Source: Candidatus Latescibacterota bacterium
GTDB taxonomy: Bacteria; Latescibacterota; UBA2968; GCA-2709665
Direction: 5' to 3'
NCBI GenBank assembly: GCA_965237675.1
Contig: OZ250150.1
Span: 2,752,001 to 2,816,000, forward strand
DNA: 64,000 nt
Part shown: piece after piece, positions 40,430-50,236 of the stretch
Position numbering within the stretch: the first letter of the stretch is position 1
Layout: each line of letters opens with the position of its first letter
Made by a program: the position numbers and the translations under genes
The notes under the pieces: generated by a model
What the model saw: only the letters and a program-made list of their open reading frames with translations
Database searches by the model: none
What the model was told of the DNA's origin: nothing

Positions 40430-41278
40430 TTGACAACGGACACAGATCTGGCAGCGCTCCGGTCCTCAATGCGTTCATGGTGGTCGACCGCCGGTCATCG
40501 GTTTCTTCCGCCTGCGCTTATCACCTGCATTCTGATTGGCAGCCAGATTACGTTTGGAATTCTCGAGGGTTTTTCTAAAACCGCGTTGGCCATCTTGGTG
40601 GCAATTGGCGCGGAGGCGGTGCTGGGTTGGCTCGATGGGAGCCGCAAGCCGAATTTTGCAAGCGGGTACATCACCGGAATCAGCGTGGGGATTCTCATCC
40701 GGTCGCTTTGGCTCTGGCCCTACGCGCTTTGCAGCCTGGTGTCAATACTGTCCAAATATGTGATCCGTTGGCGCGGGCGGCATCTCTGGAACCCCTCCAA
40801 TCTCGGCGTGAGCGCGATGTTCTTCCTGGCGCCCGAGCTGGCGGCGGGGCTGAGCATTCAGTGGGGAAACGCCGTCTGGGTCATGCTGGTGATCTGGGTC
40901 TTTGGCTGGATGGCGGTCTGGCGGGTAAAGCGGTTGCATATCTGCCTGACGTACGTCGTATCGTTCCTCGCGCTGGGGTTTGTTCGAAGTCTTGTAACGG
41001 GGCAGGCGTATCTGGCTGGCATCGCGCCCATTACGGGGCCGATGTACCAACTGTTTATTTTCTTTATGATTACCGATCCAAAGACAACGGTGAAGACAAC
41101 GCGGGGACAGTGCGGGGTTGCGTTTACCGTGGCTGCGGTGGAGGCCGTGTTGCGTCTGCACGAACAGGTTTATGCCCCGTTCTATGCGCTATTCCTCGTG
41201 GGACCCCTCGCAAACGCCGCGGAAATCTGGTTGGCGACCCGTGCATCCGTACCGAAAAATAATGGAGCGCACGGGTAG
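40430..41278 (+). CDS. RnfD/NqrB-like (UnbU-like) membrane protein
   Basis: SGYITGISV, SKY..R..GRH.WNPSN, FFMITDPKT; TTG start after GGAGG. Confidence 0.7.
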   Translation: MTTDTDLAALRSSMRSWWSTAGHRFLPPALITCILIGSQITFGILEGFSKTALAILVAIGAEAVLGWLDGSRKPNFASGYITGISVGILIRSLWLWPYALCSLVSILSKYVIRWRGRHLWNPSNLGVSAMFFLAPELAAGLSIQWGNAVWVMLVIWVFGWMAVWRVKRLHICLTYVVSFLALGFVRSLVTGQAYLAGIAPITGPMYQLFIFFMITDPKTTVKTTRGQCGVAFTVAAVEAVLRLHEQVYAPFYALFLVGPLANAAEIWLATRASVPKNNGAHG

Positions 41279-41319
41279 ATCCGAAGGCCGATGAAGTCAT
41301 CAACTGCAAGGAGGTAGCG

Positions 41320-41631
41320 ATGAAAATCGAAATTAAGGGGAAACACTTTGAGGTTTCCAGCCGCTTGCGGGAATATATCGAAAAAGAAACAGAAAAGCTG
41401 AATCAGTATTATGAACCGATTCTGGACGCGCGATTGACGCTGGAGCGGGAGAATCGGATGTACAAGGTCGAGATTGTGGTGCACGTTCATAGCCATATCT
41501 TGAAGGCCACTGACGAACAGGATGTCATTCATCCCGCGATTGGCGGCGCCATCCACAAGATGGTTCGACAGCTCAAGCGGGCGAAGGAAAGACAGCGCAG
41601 GCCGCGCGTTCCCGCCCCGGACCCGGATTGA
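41320..41631 (+). CDS. hpf: Ribosome hibernation promoting factor (short HPF/RaiA)
   Basis: MKIEIKGKHFEVS..LREY..KL, AI..A..KM.RQL.R.K. Confidence 0.88.
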   Translation: MKIEIKGKHFEVSSRLREYIEKETEKLNQYYEPILDARLTLERENRMYKVEIVVHVHSHILKATDEQDVIHPAIGGAIHKMVRQLKRAKERQRRPRVPAPDPD

Positions 41632-41649
41632 TCACAGACAGGTGGAGCG

Positions 41650-41690
41650 AACCCCTCCCAGTGGCGGCAACCGTCCAGGGAGGGGTTTTT
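41650..41690 (+). terminator. Intrinsic terminator after hpf
   Basis: AACCCCTCCC ... GGGAGGGGTT stem plus T run. Confidence 0.65.
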
Positions 41691-41777
41691 GTGTCTGCGT
41701 CGATAGTGTGGTTCCCGGGCAAGAAAACGAAACGCGCCTGTGCGCATGTTTCGATGCGCCGCCGGTTCGCTGTTCAA

Positions 41778-43232
41778 CTACGGGTCCTGCCGGGGAACGT
41801 CCGAACCTGGCGACGGGCTACTGACCTGGGGGCCGATCCAGGTCATCGAGAGATTGTAAGCCAGTACGGCGGCCGCCAGCCACCCGAGCAGGCCGGAAAG
41901 GCCGAATGCGGTCATCGAAGCGGGCAGGCCGTAGGGAAGGTTGTCAAGTATCCCCGCCAGGAGCAACGGTCCAATACGGCAGATCGCGGCGGCGGTGGCC
42001 AGACAGAAGGTCGCAAACACAAGGCCCGGAATCGCCACTTTGCGTCTGTGGAGAAATCCGGGCACCATTCGCGGGGCCATGCCCAGCAGCAGCAGGGTGA
42101 TAAAACCAGCAAGATAAGTGTGGCGCAACGCGTCGGGATCGAACGGAGAACCGAGCCGCAACAGGGCAAGGACGCCATCGACCAGTTCAACCGCGGCTGC
42201 CAGCGCCAGGAAGACGAATGCAGCATAAAGCAGCAACTCGAACCGGCCGAACTCGCCGTAGTCCGGCAGTCCGGGACGCGTGGAACGGCGGTCGGGCCCG
42301 GGTTCGCCAAGCCGATTGACGGTCCATGGCGGATACCACCGGAAGAGGATGTCCAGTTTCCAGATGAAGAGGAGCAGAATACCACCTCTTAAGACCTTTC
42401 CGATGGGCGATAGATGCGAAAGTAACGACGCAAAGGAAAGTTGGGTGAGATCCGCCAGGACGGGCAACTGGATGAGGATGAGCGCCAGGAGATAGACCTG
42501 GCCAAACCGGGCCACGGGCCAGCGGACGGCGGGCAGACGCAGGTAGAGCGGAAACGTGCGAACTGAAAAGGCCATCGCTGTCGGCAGGATGACAAATCCA
42601 ATGAAGAATTCAATGCCGAATCTGTTCCACGCAATGTGCAGAACCGGGTTGTCGCCGAAGCTCGCGTGAAGCGCGAGCGCGCCCGCGAGCAGGGAATACA
42701 ACCCCCATCCTGCAATCGATATTACCAGGAAGATCCGCACCGTCTGCAGGGCGGGGCGATTCGGCGCAGCGTGGCGCAAGGAGGTGACCAGCAGGGCGAG
42801 GTAACAATAGACGCCGGCGGTCTCCACCACCGCGGAGAGCCCCAGCGTCCATCTCAGGCCATCGTGAAACGGGTTTTCAACCCCCGCGGCAAGCAGCGGC
42901 TGGGAAACGGCGCGCAGCAGAATGCCGGTTGCAAGGAGGGAGAGAATCCACGCGGGAAGCCGGGGAAAGCGGAGCGGCGTACCGGCCAGACGAGGCAGGA
43001 AGTAGAGGCTGACTCCAATGATAAAGAGGCCGATCCAACCCAGGAGTTGGGCGTGACCATGGGCCTGGAGCATGGCAACCCACCAATCGCCCATGGAGAT
43101 CTGAAAGCCGATCAGCACGGCCAGAATGGCCGCATAGCCGAATCCGACCGTCAGCGCGACAAAAAGCGACGCCAGCACAAAGCCGAAGTGGAAATGGGTA
43201 TGGTGGGTTTTCTGGCTATCGGACAAGGTCAT
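41778..43232 (-). CDS. NnrS-family membrane protein
   Basis: QAHGHAQLLGW, FLPRLAG, DALRH...GFI..L..GMA.R..P; about 12 TM segments. Confidence 0.7.
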   Translation of the reverse strand: MTLSDSQKTHHTHFHFGFVLASLFVALTVGFGYAAILAVLIGFQISMGDWWVAMLQAHGHAQLLGWIGLFIIGVSLYFLPRLAGTPLRFPRLPAWILSLLATGILLRAVSQPLLAAGVENPFHDGLRWTLGLSAVVETAGVYCYLALLVTSLRHAAPNRPALQTVRIFLVISIAGWGLYSLLAGALALHASFGDNPVLHIAWNRFGIEFFIGFVILPTAMAFSVRTFPLYLRLPAVRWPVARFGQVYLLALILIQLPVLADLTQLSFASLLSHLSPIGKVLRGGILLLFIWKLDILFRWYPPWTVNRLGEPGPDRRSTRPGLPDYGEFGRFELLLYAAFVFLALAAAVELVDGVLALLRLGSPFDPDALRHTYLAGFITLLLLGMAPRMVPGFLHRRKVAIPGLVFATFCLATAAAICRIGPLLLAGILDNLPYGLPASMTAFGLSGLLGWLAAAVLAYNLSMTWIGPQVSSPSPGSDVPRQDP

Positions 43233-43482
43233 TTCCTCGAATTGGGCCGAGAGACAATTCGAATTCGTAACGAATGTGGAGAAATGAATCTGTAGGCCGA
43301 TGTCACGGGCGAAAGCGTGGAGTCGAACTCCTTTGCCCTTACCCACGTGGCAATCGGCCGTTCTCGATCGATCGCGTACTCGTTAATTAAACCCGTTCAC
43401 GGGATTCGGCAACCCCTTTCGCACGATCGTTCGAGCATGTCGAGGCAATCGCCGATCTGCCCTCTATTCTTGTATTCTCCGT

Positions 43483-44200
43483 CCTTTTTCTTGTACGCCC
43501 AAAAAAAGACCAAAAAGAACGGCGCCGCTCAAACGCCGCGGGGCTGCTTTTCCGCAAATCGCCTCAACAGTGTCGACACGCATTCGTGCCCTTCGCCCCT
43601 ACGATCCGTCCCTGAACCATGGTGCTGGACGGATTAGCGCGGAAAAGCCCCGTCACCACAACCGGGCGGTCGGGAGGTTGACTGGGGAGGGCCGCCACGT
43701 GATTTGGCGTCGTACCGCTTTTCTCTTTTAGTGGGTCGGTGTCTTCACACTCTTCAACGGAAAGCCAGTTGGTTCTCGATCGCGAGCCCTGTCCGGAGGC
43801 CAACCAGAGCAGCGCGCGCGTTTCCGTCCATCTCCGAGTACAGGTATCGGCCTTCGTTGGCAGGGCAGCGGGCCATGTGCATACCATGAGACAGTTCGCG
43901 CTGTGCATATGGCAGGCTCCGCGCCGAGCGGCGACTTTTAAAAGCGGAAAGAAGAAAGAGGGAAGAAGGGAGAAGGGTTGGTAACTTTGTCATATGACAC
44001 CTTCGGAACTGGAGTCTGGCCAACTGGCAAAAAGAAGTGGATCAGGAAAGAAGGCGCGAAACCGGTGGGTGGCGGAGAGGTCTTCTCACCTCTCCCGTCT
44101 TTCGTCTCGCGGTTTTGAGGAACCCGCCGGAGGCAGGGAATTTGGGGAGAGGTTGTGACTTTGGAGTTCCTTTTCGCTTTTTCAATTTACGCCCTTTTTC
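43483..44200 (+). repeat. Copy 2 of the multi-copy structured non-coding element
   Basis: Same ordered blocks as copy 1; 43919-44148 is identical in inverted orientation to 12736-12965. Confidence 0.88.
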
Positions 44201-44244
44201 TAATGCGGATTAACATCGTGGGTCCTTATCGCTAACCGGTTTTG

Positions 44245-44300
44245 ACTGTCTGCTGTACGCTGATAGCTGATCGCCGACCGCCTTTTGCTTGCTGCTTTTC
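44245..44300 (+). repeat. Degenerate heptanucleotide tandem repeat (8 units)
   Basis: ACTGTCT GCTGTAC GCTGATA GCTGATC GCCGACC GCCTTTT GCTTGCT GCTTTTC. Confidence 0.55.
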
Positions 44301-44314
44301 GTCTGGATCTTTTT

Positions 44315-46651
44315 ATGAAACCTGAGATTCTGAATTCCATTGCCGTTCTGCTCCTGCTGAACCTCACGGGATGTGCGCCCAGGGAGACGGTGACCGTGTC
44401 AGGCGCGGTGAGCCGCCCTGGCGACTACGCGATTCGCCCTGGATGGGGTGTGCGGAACTATGTGACGACCGCCGGAGGATATCTGGCCGAGGCGGATACC
44501 GGGCGAGTCGCGCTGGTCCGGCATATGCGGGACAGCGTGTCCGTCCGGCAGCGGTGGAATGTAAGCCGATGGGCGGCATACGACGCTCCGGCCGCCATGT
44601 CGGGTGATCTGATCACCGTGCCGTTGAAGGCGTATCGGGTTCGGTTCGATACGGTGTTGGCGGTACGGAATCTGCGGCTGGAATGGGAAGATCGCATTTA
44701 CAGCATGGAGCTTGGAATGGTCGCGCTCGGTACGACATTGCGGGGGGTCGTGGCGGCGGTGTTCTTTGGGAATGGCGAGGCAATCCAGCAGGTTTCCGGA
44801 AAAGCAGCAGGCCCGTTTCAATACCTCTATCTCACGATGCATCCGGACAGATACGGCGTCCTGCTTCCGGCGCTCAGAGAGCCGGTCTCGGATCCAGAGG
44901 CGCAGGAGGACGCTGTGGCGCTGCATCGCTTTATGTTCCAGGCGTCGACGTTCAGGTCGGGCCGATTGGCGCATCTGCCACCCGCGGGTTATCTGCGGCT
45001 ACAGGCGGGCGTCTGGCTGAGGCCGAAAAATCCTTCCTATCCCGGTAGGGGGGTGCGCAAACGACATTACAGGGATGGCCGGGTATGGACGACGTTTCCG
45101 GACGGGAGGCAGCGGTGGCGGTATACGGACGGGCGGATTGTGATGCAGTTTCCCAATTACACGCGGGAAGTACGGTTTCCGGATGGTTCGGTTCGATTTG
45201 AAGATACGCTGGGAGGCGTGAGAACGTTGTATCCCGATGGGCACATGGTTTTCGAAGATGCCGACGGCAATCGGCACAGGGTGTATAAGGATGGACGGCA
45301 GGAATGGCGGCGTGCATCCGGAAACCGGATGACGATATATCCCGATGGGCGGCGGGTGCATCGCTTTTCCAGTGGAACGGTGCGTACGGTACATCCGACA
45401 GGTGCGGAACGGACGGTTTTCACGGACGGGACGCGGCATGTGCTTTATCCGGACGGTAGGGTGGAGATTGAGGTGCCGGGCGGCGCGCGGGAGACGCGCT
45501 ACCCGGATGGAAGTGTTTTTGCATTAACGCCCGACGGGCACCGGATCACGGTCTTCAAGGACGGCCGACAGTTTACGCAAATGAACGATGGGACCACGAT
45601 TGAACAGTTTCCGGATGGGCGAAAGATCCAGAAACATCCTTCCGGCGAGACGCTGGAGGTTTTTGCGGATCGTTCCAGGCGCACCGTTTATTCGGATGGC
45701 TCGGAAACGGTACGTCGTACCGATGGCGTACGTGTCGCAAGGCTCGCGGATGGGACCGTGATTGAGGAGTTTCCGGACGGTAGGATTGTACAGACCGATA
45801 CGTCGGGAGTTCGGCTCGAGGTTCTTTCTCCTGATCGATATGTAATTACGGACCAGGAGGGCAACCGCGTTGAGGCGCGTCCCGATGGAACATCCGAAAG
45901 GCAATTCGTGGAACCCTATCGGTACCGTGGTTGGATACGGCGCAACCTGATCCGGCTGGAGCGGGCACCGGAACGCATCTCTCCGGGCATGGTTGCGTTC
46001 GTCCGGGGATCGGCGGAGGATGCCGTGAAGAAGATGTCAATGGCCGTGTTCGCGCTTCCGGACGGGGATGTGCTCGATATGGAGATCGTGCTTGACGCGG
46101 GGCAATTTGACGGGACGTTGCAGGTAGGGGAGTCCGGATATTACCGGTTGCAGATCCAATGCGAGATGGAAAACGGCGATGCTGTAATGCTGGAAGATCG
46201 CATGTTGAAGGTTGGCAACCCGAAGCCTCTTGAGACGCCTGGTATCGAGGTCGCGCCGTTTCCCGGCGACGCGGCTGCAGGCCGGCGGCTGATGGATATA
46301 GTGAACGAGGCGCGCGGCAGGAAGGGTCGCATGATATTGGAGTGGGACCACGACCTGGCCTACGCGGCGTTGTCCCATTTGAAGGACATGCTGGCGTACG
46401 GCTCCGTTTCGCACTGGTCGCCAATGTATGGAGACCTGGTAAGCCGCCTGGAATGGCTGGACATTTCGTTTGAGGTCGCGCTGGAAAACCTGGCGACGGC
46501 GCCCTCGCTGGAGGAAGCTCACTGGCACCTGATGTTGAGCGCCGAACACAGGCGCAATATTCTGGACGCGCGTTTAACCCATATCGGAATCGCGGTGGCA
46601 CGCGAGCGGGGCCAGGTGTGGGTGGCGGAAATCTTCAAACGGAGAGAATAA
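44315..46651 (+). CDS. Lipoprotein: SLBB-like domain + ~31 nine-residue (F/Y)PDG repeats + C-terminal CAP/SCP domain
   Basis: Lipobox LTGC; VTVSGAV.RPG.Y...AGG; xDG every 9 aa over about 45060-45908; VNEAR, H..DM, SH, EN, SAEHRRNIL, IGIAV. Confidence 0.8.
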   Translation: MKPEILNSIAVLLLLNLTGCAPRETVTVSGAVSRPGDYAIRPGWGVRNYVTTAGGYLAEADTGRVALVRHMRDSVSVRQRWNVSRWAAYDAPAAMSGDLITVPLKAYRVRFDTVLAVRNLRLEWEDRIYSMELGMVALGTTLRGVVAAVFFGNGEAIQQVSGKAAGPFQYLYLTMHPDRYGVLLPALREPVSDPEAQEDAVALHRFMFQASTFRSGRLAHLPPAGYLRLQAGVWLRPKNPSYPGRGVRKRHYRDGRVWTTFPDGRQRWRYTDGRIVMQFPNYTREVRFPDGSVRFEDTLGGVRTLYPDGHMVFEDADGNRHRVYKDGRQEWRRASGNRMTIYPDGRRVHRFSSGTVRTVHPTGAERTVFTDGTRHVLYPDGRVEIEVPGGARETRYPDGSVFALTPDGHRITVFKDGRQFTQMNDGTTIEQFPDGRKIQKHPSGETLEVFADRSRRTVYSDGSETVRRTDGVRVARLADGTVIEEFPDGRIVQTDTSGVRLEVLSPDRYVITDQEGNRVEARPDGTSERQFVEPYRYRGWIRRNLIRLERAPERISPGMVAFVRGSAEDAVKKMSMAVFALPDGDVLDMEIVLDAGQFDGTLQVGESGYYRLQIQCEMENGDAVMLEDRMLKVGNPKPLETPGIEVAPFPGDAAAGRRLMDIVNEARGRKGRMILEWDHDLAYAALSHLKDMLAYGSVSHWSPMYGDLVSRLEWLDISFEVALENLATAPSLEEAHWHLMLSAEHRRNILDARLTHIGIAVARERGQVWVAEIFKRRE

Positions 46652-46754
46652 GTGGGAAAACGTGCGGAAAATGGCCGACAGCGTACATCAATGTGCGAAG
46701 TGACGATGCAAATGGTCTCGAATCGGTAAACCCGCGATTGGCCGCTTGTGAGGA

Positions 46755-48995
46755 TTGGCCGTGAGGATCAGACGTCGAACAATATACACAGTTGTCGTCG
46801 CTGTGGCCTGGTGTGGCGGCGGATTCGCGTTTTCGGACGAGCGGAGAACGGTCGACGGACGGTTCCGGATTGCAATGGAGCGGTCGGGCCGCGTTTCGGT
46901 CGAGGAGAGCGTCCGCGCATTGAAAGACGTGCTGGCGCTGGATGAGAATTACGCTCCGGCGTACGCGGAAATCGCGAAGTTGTACATGTCTTTGAATACA
47001 CCTCTGGATCGCCAAAGCGCCGAGAAGATGGTGCGCCGGGCGATTCGTCTGGATCGCGACAACGCGGCGTATCAGGTGCTACTGGGCGATCTCATGTGGG
47101 CACAGGGGTTCTTGTCAAACGCAAAGCGACAATATGAAGCGGTATTGGCGCAGGATCCCCGAAACCCACAGGCGGCCTTCGGGCTGGGAACCTATTATGT
47201 GAATGATTTCATGAAGTATTGGAACATGATCGACATGGAGGGCAATAGCCACAGTGTGGTGTTGGAATGGCGGCATTTCGCCAGGGAGTACCGTGAATTG
47301 GCAATCCAGAATCTTGAGCAAAGCATCCAACACGATCCAGGGTTCAAAGATGCACATTACCAGTTGGGTCTGGTCTATATGGAGGACATGAAATCGGACC
47401 CTGCGGCTGCGGGCAGGGCGCTGGTCAACGTCGCCAACTCATTGTTGAAGGTGTACCCGGAGGACAAGGACGCATTGCTGTTCGTCGGGCTTGGATACCA
47501 TGTCAGCGGGTATCTGGATTGGGCGTGGGATTATTATGCCAGGGCGCTGGCGAGGATGGACGTGCAGGAGCGTTCGATCATCGAATCGGTGGAGGCCGTC
47601 GCTGTGGATGAAGAGCGGGTGCGTATTGCTAAAGCGGACTCGCTGGTGTATAAGGAGGGCGGGCAGTGGGCGGATAGTTCTGAGCGTGAGCGTTTCTGGC
47701 GAAAACAGGATCCGCTGTTGCTGACCGAACGGAACGAACGGCGAATGGAGCACTACCGGCGCGTGGCCTACGCCAATTTGCGATTCAGCAAGCCGAGGAG
47801 GGGAATTGCGGGCTGGCGGACGGAAATGGGTCGGGTTTACATCAAGTACGGAGACCCGCTTGGACGAACGGTGATGCGCCCCGAGGTCGGCCCGAGGGGA
47901 CGCCTCGTTCAGGCGCACATGGAGCTGTGGGCTTATGAAGGCTTTTCCTTTCGATTCAGAAATTGGAATGGCCTGGACGCGTGGCATTTTGACGTGAGCT
48001 CTCTCTTTCTTCCGTCCGGAGAATGGGTTCTCAAGCGCACGCCGCAGCGATATGTCGATCCCTATCGTGAGTTGAAATACAGCCTGCCGTATCAGGTGGC
48101 TGCGTTTCGAGATGCAGGCAAGATACGCCTCGAGGTGGCTTATGCGATTGCGAAAGAAAAATTGAGAACTTCTGACGCCGGCGACGTGGACCTCGAAGAC
48201 GGGCTCTTCCTGTTTGACGGGGACTGGGAAGAGGTTTCGCGGGCGGTCTATGCGACGACCAGGCTCGCGGATGCCGGCGCGGATAGCTTCAGAAAACGGT
48301 ATATGCTGTCCCAATCGACACTCATGGTAGAGCCGGGAGAATACAATCTCATCGCCGAGGTAAGGGACCGCCGGAACCGCTCGATCGGGACGTTCAGGAA
48401 CACTTACACATTTGCAATGGAAGAAAACTCGCCGACAATGAGTGACCTGCTGGTGGCGACCGCAATTGAGATGGAAGACCCGTTTCCCGCACGCCGGGAA
48501 GAATTGAAGGTGGCGATAAATCCGCTGCACACGTTTTACAGGTCGGAGTCGATGTATATCTACTTCGAGGTCTATAACTTGAAGCAGGACGACTTCGGAC
48601 GGACAGAGTACGAAATCACATACCGGATCGGGCAGCCCGAGGAGGCTGAAGTCGTTCCCGAGAGATTCGAGGCGGTGGCACTGGCGGAACCGGTGGGGAA
48701 AGTGCGTCTAGGGATTGGAGCGGTCCTCGAGGGCGGGCCAGTCCAATATCAGGTGAGATACATTCCCGCCGAGAGGAACAGAGTTTCGAAGTCGATCCGA
48801 AATTTCGACAGGAATACGGGCGAAACAGCGGTGACCGTTCGGTACGAAGGGGATCAGGCCGAAGATTTCACCTATCTTCAGATTGACCTGGATAGCGTTC
48901 CGGTGGGCGTACACAGACTGTCGGTGAGCATGAGGGATCTGAACCGCGGTGGACAGGGAGACGAACGGCGCGTGTTGTTCCGGGTGATTGAGTGA
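46755..48995 (+). CDS. TPR-containing GWxTD-domain exported protein
   Basis: Signal peptide, TPR helices, FWRKQDP..T..NE..EHYRRVAYAN, GWRTEMGRVYIKYG. Confidence 0.85.
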   Translation: MAVRIRRRTIYTVVVAVAWCGGGFAFSDERRTVDGRFRIAMERSGRVSVEESVRALKDVLALDENYAPAYAEIAKLYMSLNTPLDRQSAEKMVRRAIRLDRDNAAYQVLLGDLMWAQGFLSNAKRQYEAVLAQDPRNPQAAFGLGTYYVNDFMKYWNMIDMEGNSHSVVLEWRHFAREYRELAIQNLEQSIQHDPGFKDAHYQLGLVYMEDMKSDPAAAGRALVNVANSLLKVYPEDKDALLFVGLGYHVSGYLDWAWDYYARALARMDVQERSIIESVEAVAVDEERVRIAKADSLVYKEGGQWADSSERERFWRKQDPLLLTERNERRMEHYRRVAYANLRFSKPRRGIAGWRTEMGRVYIKYGDPLGRTVMRPEVGPRGRLVQAHMELWAYEGFSFRFRNWNGLDAWHFDVSSLFLPSGEWVLKRTPQRYVDPYRELKYSLPYQVAAFRDAGKIRLEVAYAIAKEKLRTSDAGDVDLEDGLFLFDGDWEEVSRAVYATTRLADAGADSFRKRYMLSQSTLMVEPGEYNLIAEVRDRRNRSIGTFRNTYTFAMEENSPTMSDLLVATAIEMEDPFPARREELKVAINPLHTFYRSESMYIYFEVYNLKQDDFGRTEYEITYRIGQPEEAEVVPERFEAVALAEPVGKVRLGIGAVLEGGPVQYQVRYIPAERNRVSKSIRNFDRNTGETAVTVRYEGDQAEDFTYLQIDLDSVPVGVHRLSVSMRDLNRGGQGDERRVLFRVIE

Positions 48996-49063
48996 AATAG
49001 GTTAGACGTCAAACGGCAGAAGCAAGAGGTCCATTGCTCTCCACGGACGCCGTTCCCGTCGCC

Positions 49064-50236
49064 TCACGCACCCTTGCCGAAGCTGCCGGCAAAAATGAGA
49101 AAATCGCTGAACTCGATGGCGCCGTCGCCGTCCAGATCGAACCGCGCGTCATATTCCGCATCTCCCTGGCTCAGCCCGAAGTTCCCCGCGAATAGCAGGA
49201 AGTCGGAAAATCCCACGGTTCCGTCGCCATCGAAATCGGGGTTGGCGGTTTGAGGAGTGATGTACGGCGACACATCCCAAAGCAGGATCGTGCCGTCGTG
49301 ACTGCCACTTGCCAGCGTCCTCCCGTCCGGCGAAAACACCACCAGAGTGACAGTGCCCGTATGTCCTGTGAGGGTGTGTCTTTCCTGTCCCGTGGCCACG
49401 TCCCACAACCGCACCGTATTGTCCCGATTGCCACTACCGCTTGCCAGCGTCCCCCCATCCGGTGAGAACACCACCGAAAGGACAGTGCCCGTGTGTCCTG
49501 TGAGGGTTTGTGATTCACGTCCTGTGGCCACGTCCCACAGCCGCACCGTATAATCGAATGTGCCGGCACTGGCCAGCGTGTTCCCATCGGGTGAAAACAC
49601 CACCGAAACGACAATACCGGAATGTCCCGTGAGTGTGTGTTTTTCCTGCCCGGCGGCCACGTCCCACAACCGCGCCGTTTGATCGGCACTACCGCTGGCA
49701 AGGGTCATTCCATCCGGCGAAAACACCACCGAAAGGACACTATGCGTATGACCTGCGAGTGTGTGTTTTTCCTGCCCGGTGTCCACGTCCCATAACCGAA
49801 CCGTATGATCGTAACTGCCACTTGCCAGCGTCCTCCCGTCCGGTGAGTACACCACCGAAACGACCCCGCGGGTATGTCCAGTGAGGGTGTGTTTTTCCTG
49901 TCCGGTGTCCACGTCCCATAACCGCACCGTACGATCACCACTGCCGCTTGCCAGCGTCCTCCCGTCCGGTGAAAACACCACCGACCGGGTAGTGCCCTTA
50001 TGTCCAGTGAGGGTGTGTTTTTCCTGTCCCGTGGCCACGTCCCACAACCGCACGGTGTCATCGAAACTACCGCTTGCCAGTGTCCTTCCATCCGGTGAAA
50101 ACACCACCGACCAGATCCAATCCGTATGACCCGTGAGGATGTGCTTTGCCTGTCCGGTGGTCAGCGCCTTCCCATCCTGTGAAAACAAGACGACGGCTAA
50201 AAGAAGAAGAAGGCTCAATATAGTCAGCCTTTTCAT
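49064..50236 (-). CDS. Exported 7-bladed WD40 protein with C-terminal double EF-hand/dockerin-like module
   Basis: Seven ~42-aa GH...VVFSPDG.TLASGS.D.TVRLWD repeats; DFDGDGTVGFSDFLLF and DLDGDGAIEFSDFLIF. Confidence 0.92.
   Translation of the reverse strand: MKRLTILSLLLLLAVVLFSQDGKALTTGQAKHILTGHTDWIWSVVFSPDGRTLASGSFDDTVRLWDVATGQEKHTLTGHKGTTRSVVFSPDGRTLASGSGDRTVRLWDVDTGQEKHTLTGHTRGVVSVVYSPDGRTLASGSYDHTVRLWDVDTGQEKHTLAGHTHSVLSVVFSPDGMTLASGSADQTARLWDVAAGQEKHTLTGHSGIVVSVVFSPDGNTLASAGTFDYTVRLWDVATGRESQTLTGHTGTVLSVVFSPDGGTLASGSGNRDNTVRLWDVATGQERHTLTGHTGTVTLVVFSPDGRTLASGSHDGTILLWDVSPYITPQTANPDFDGDGTVGFSDFLLFAGNFGLSQGDAEYDARFDLDGDGAIEFSDFLIFAGSFGKGA

Noticed and set aside
43263-43275. ATTCG-TAA-CGAAT palindrome upstream of the nnrS-like gene
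   Set aside because: Too short to distinguish from chance and does not match the FNR/NnrR box
39306-44200. CRISPR interpretation of conserved blocks with variable linkers
   Set aside because: Blocks differ from each other within a copy, spacing is irregular and no cas genes are present
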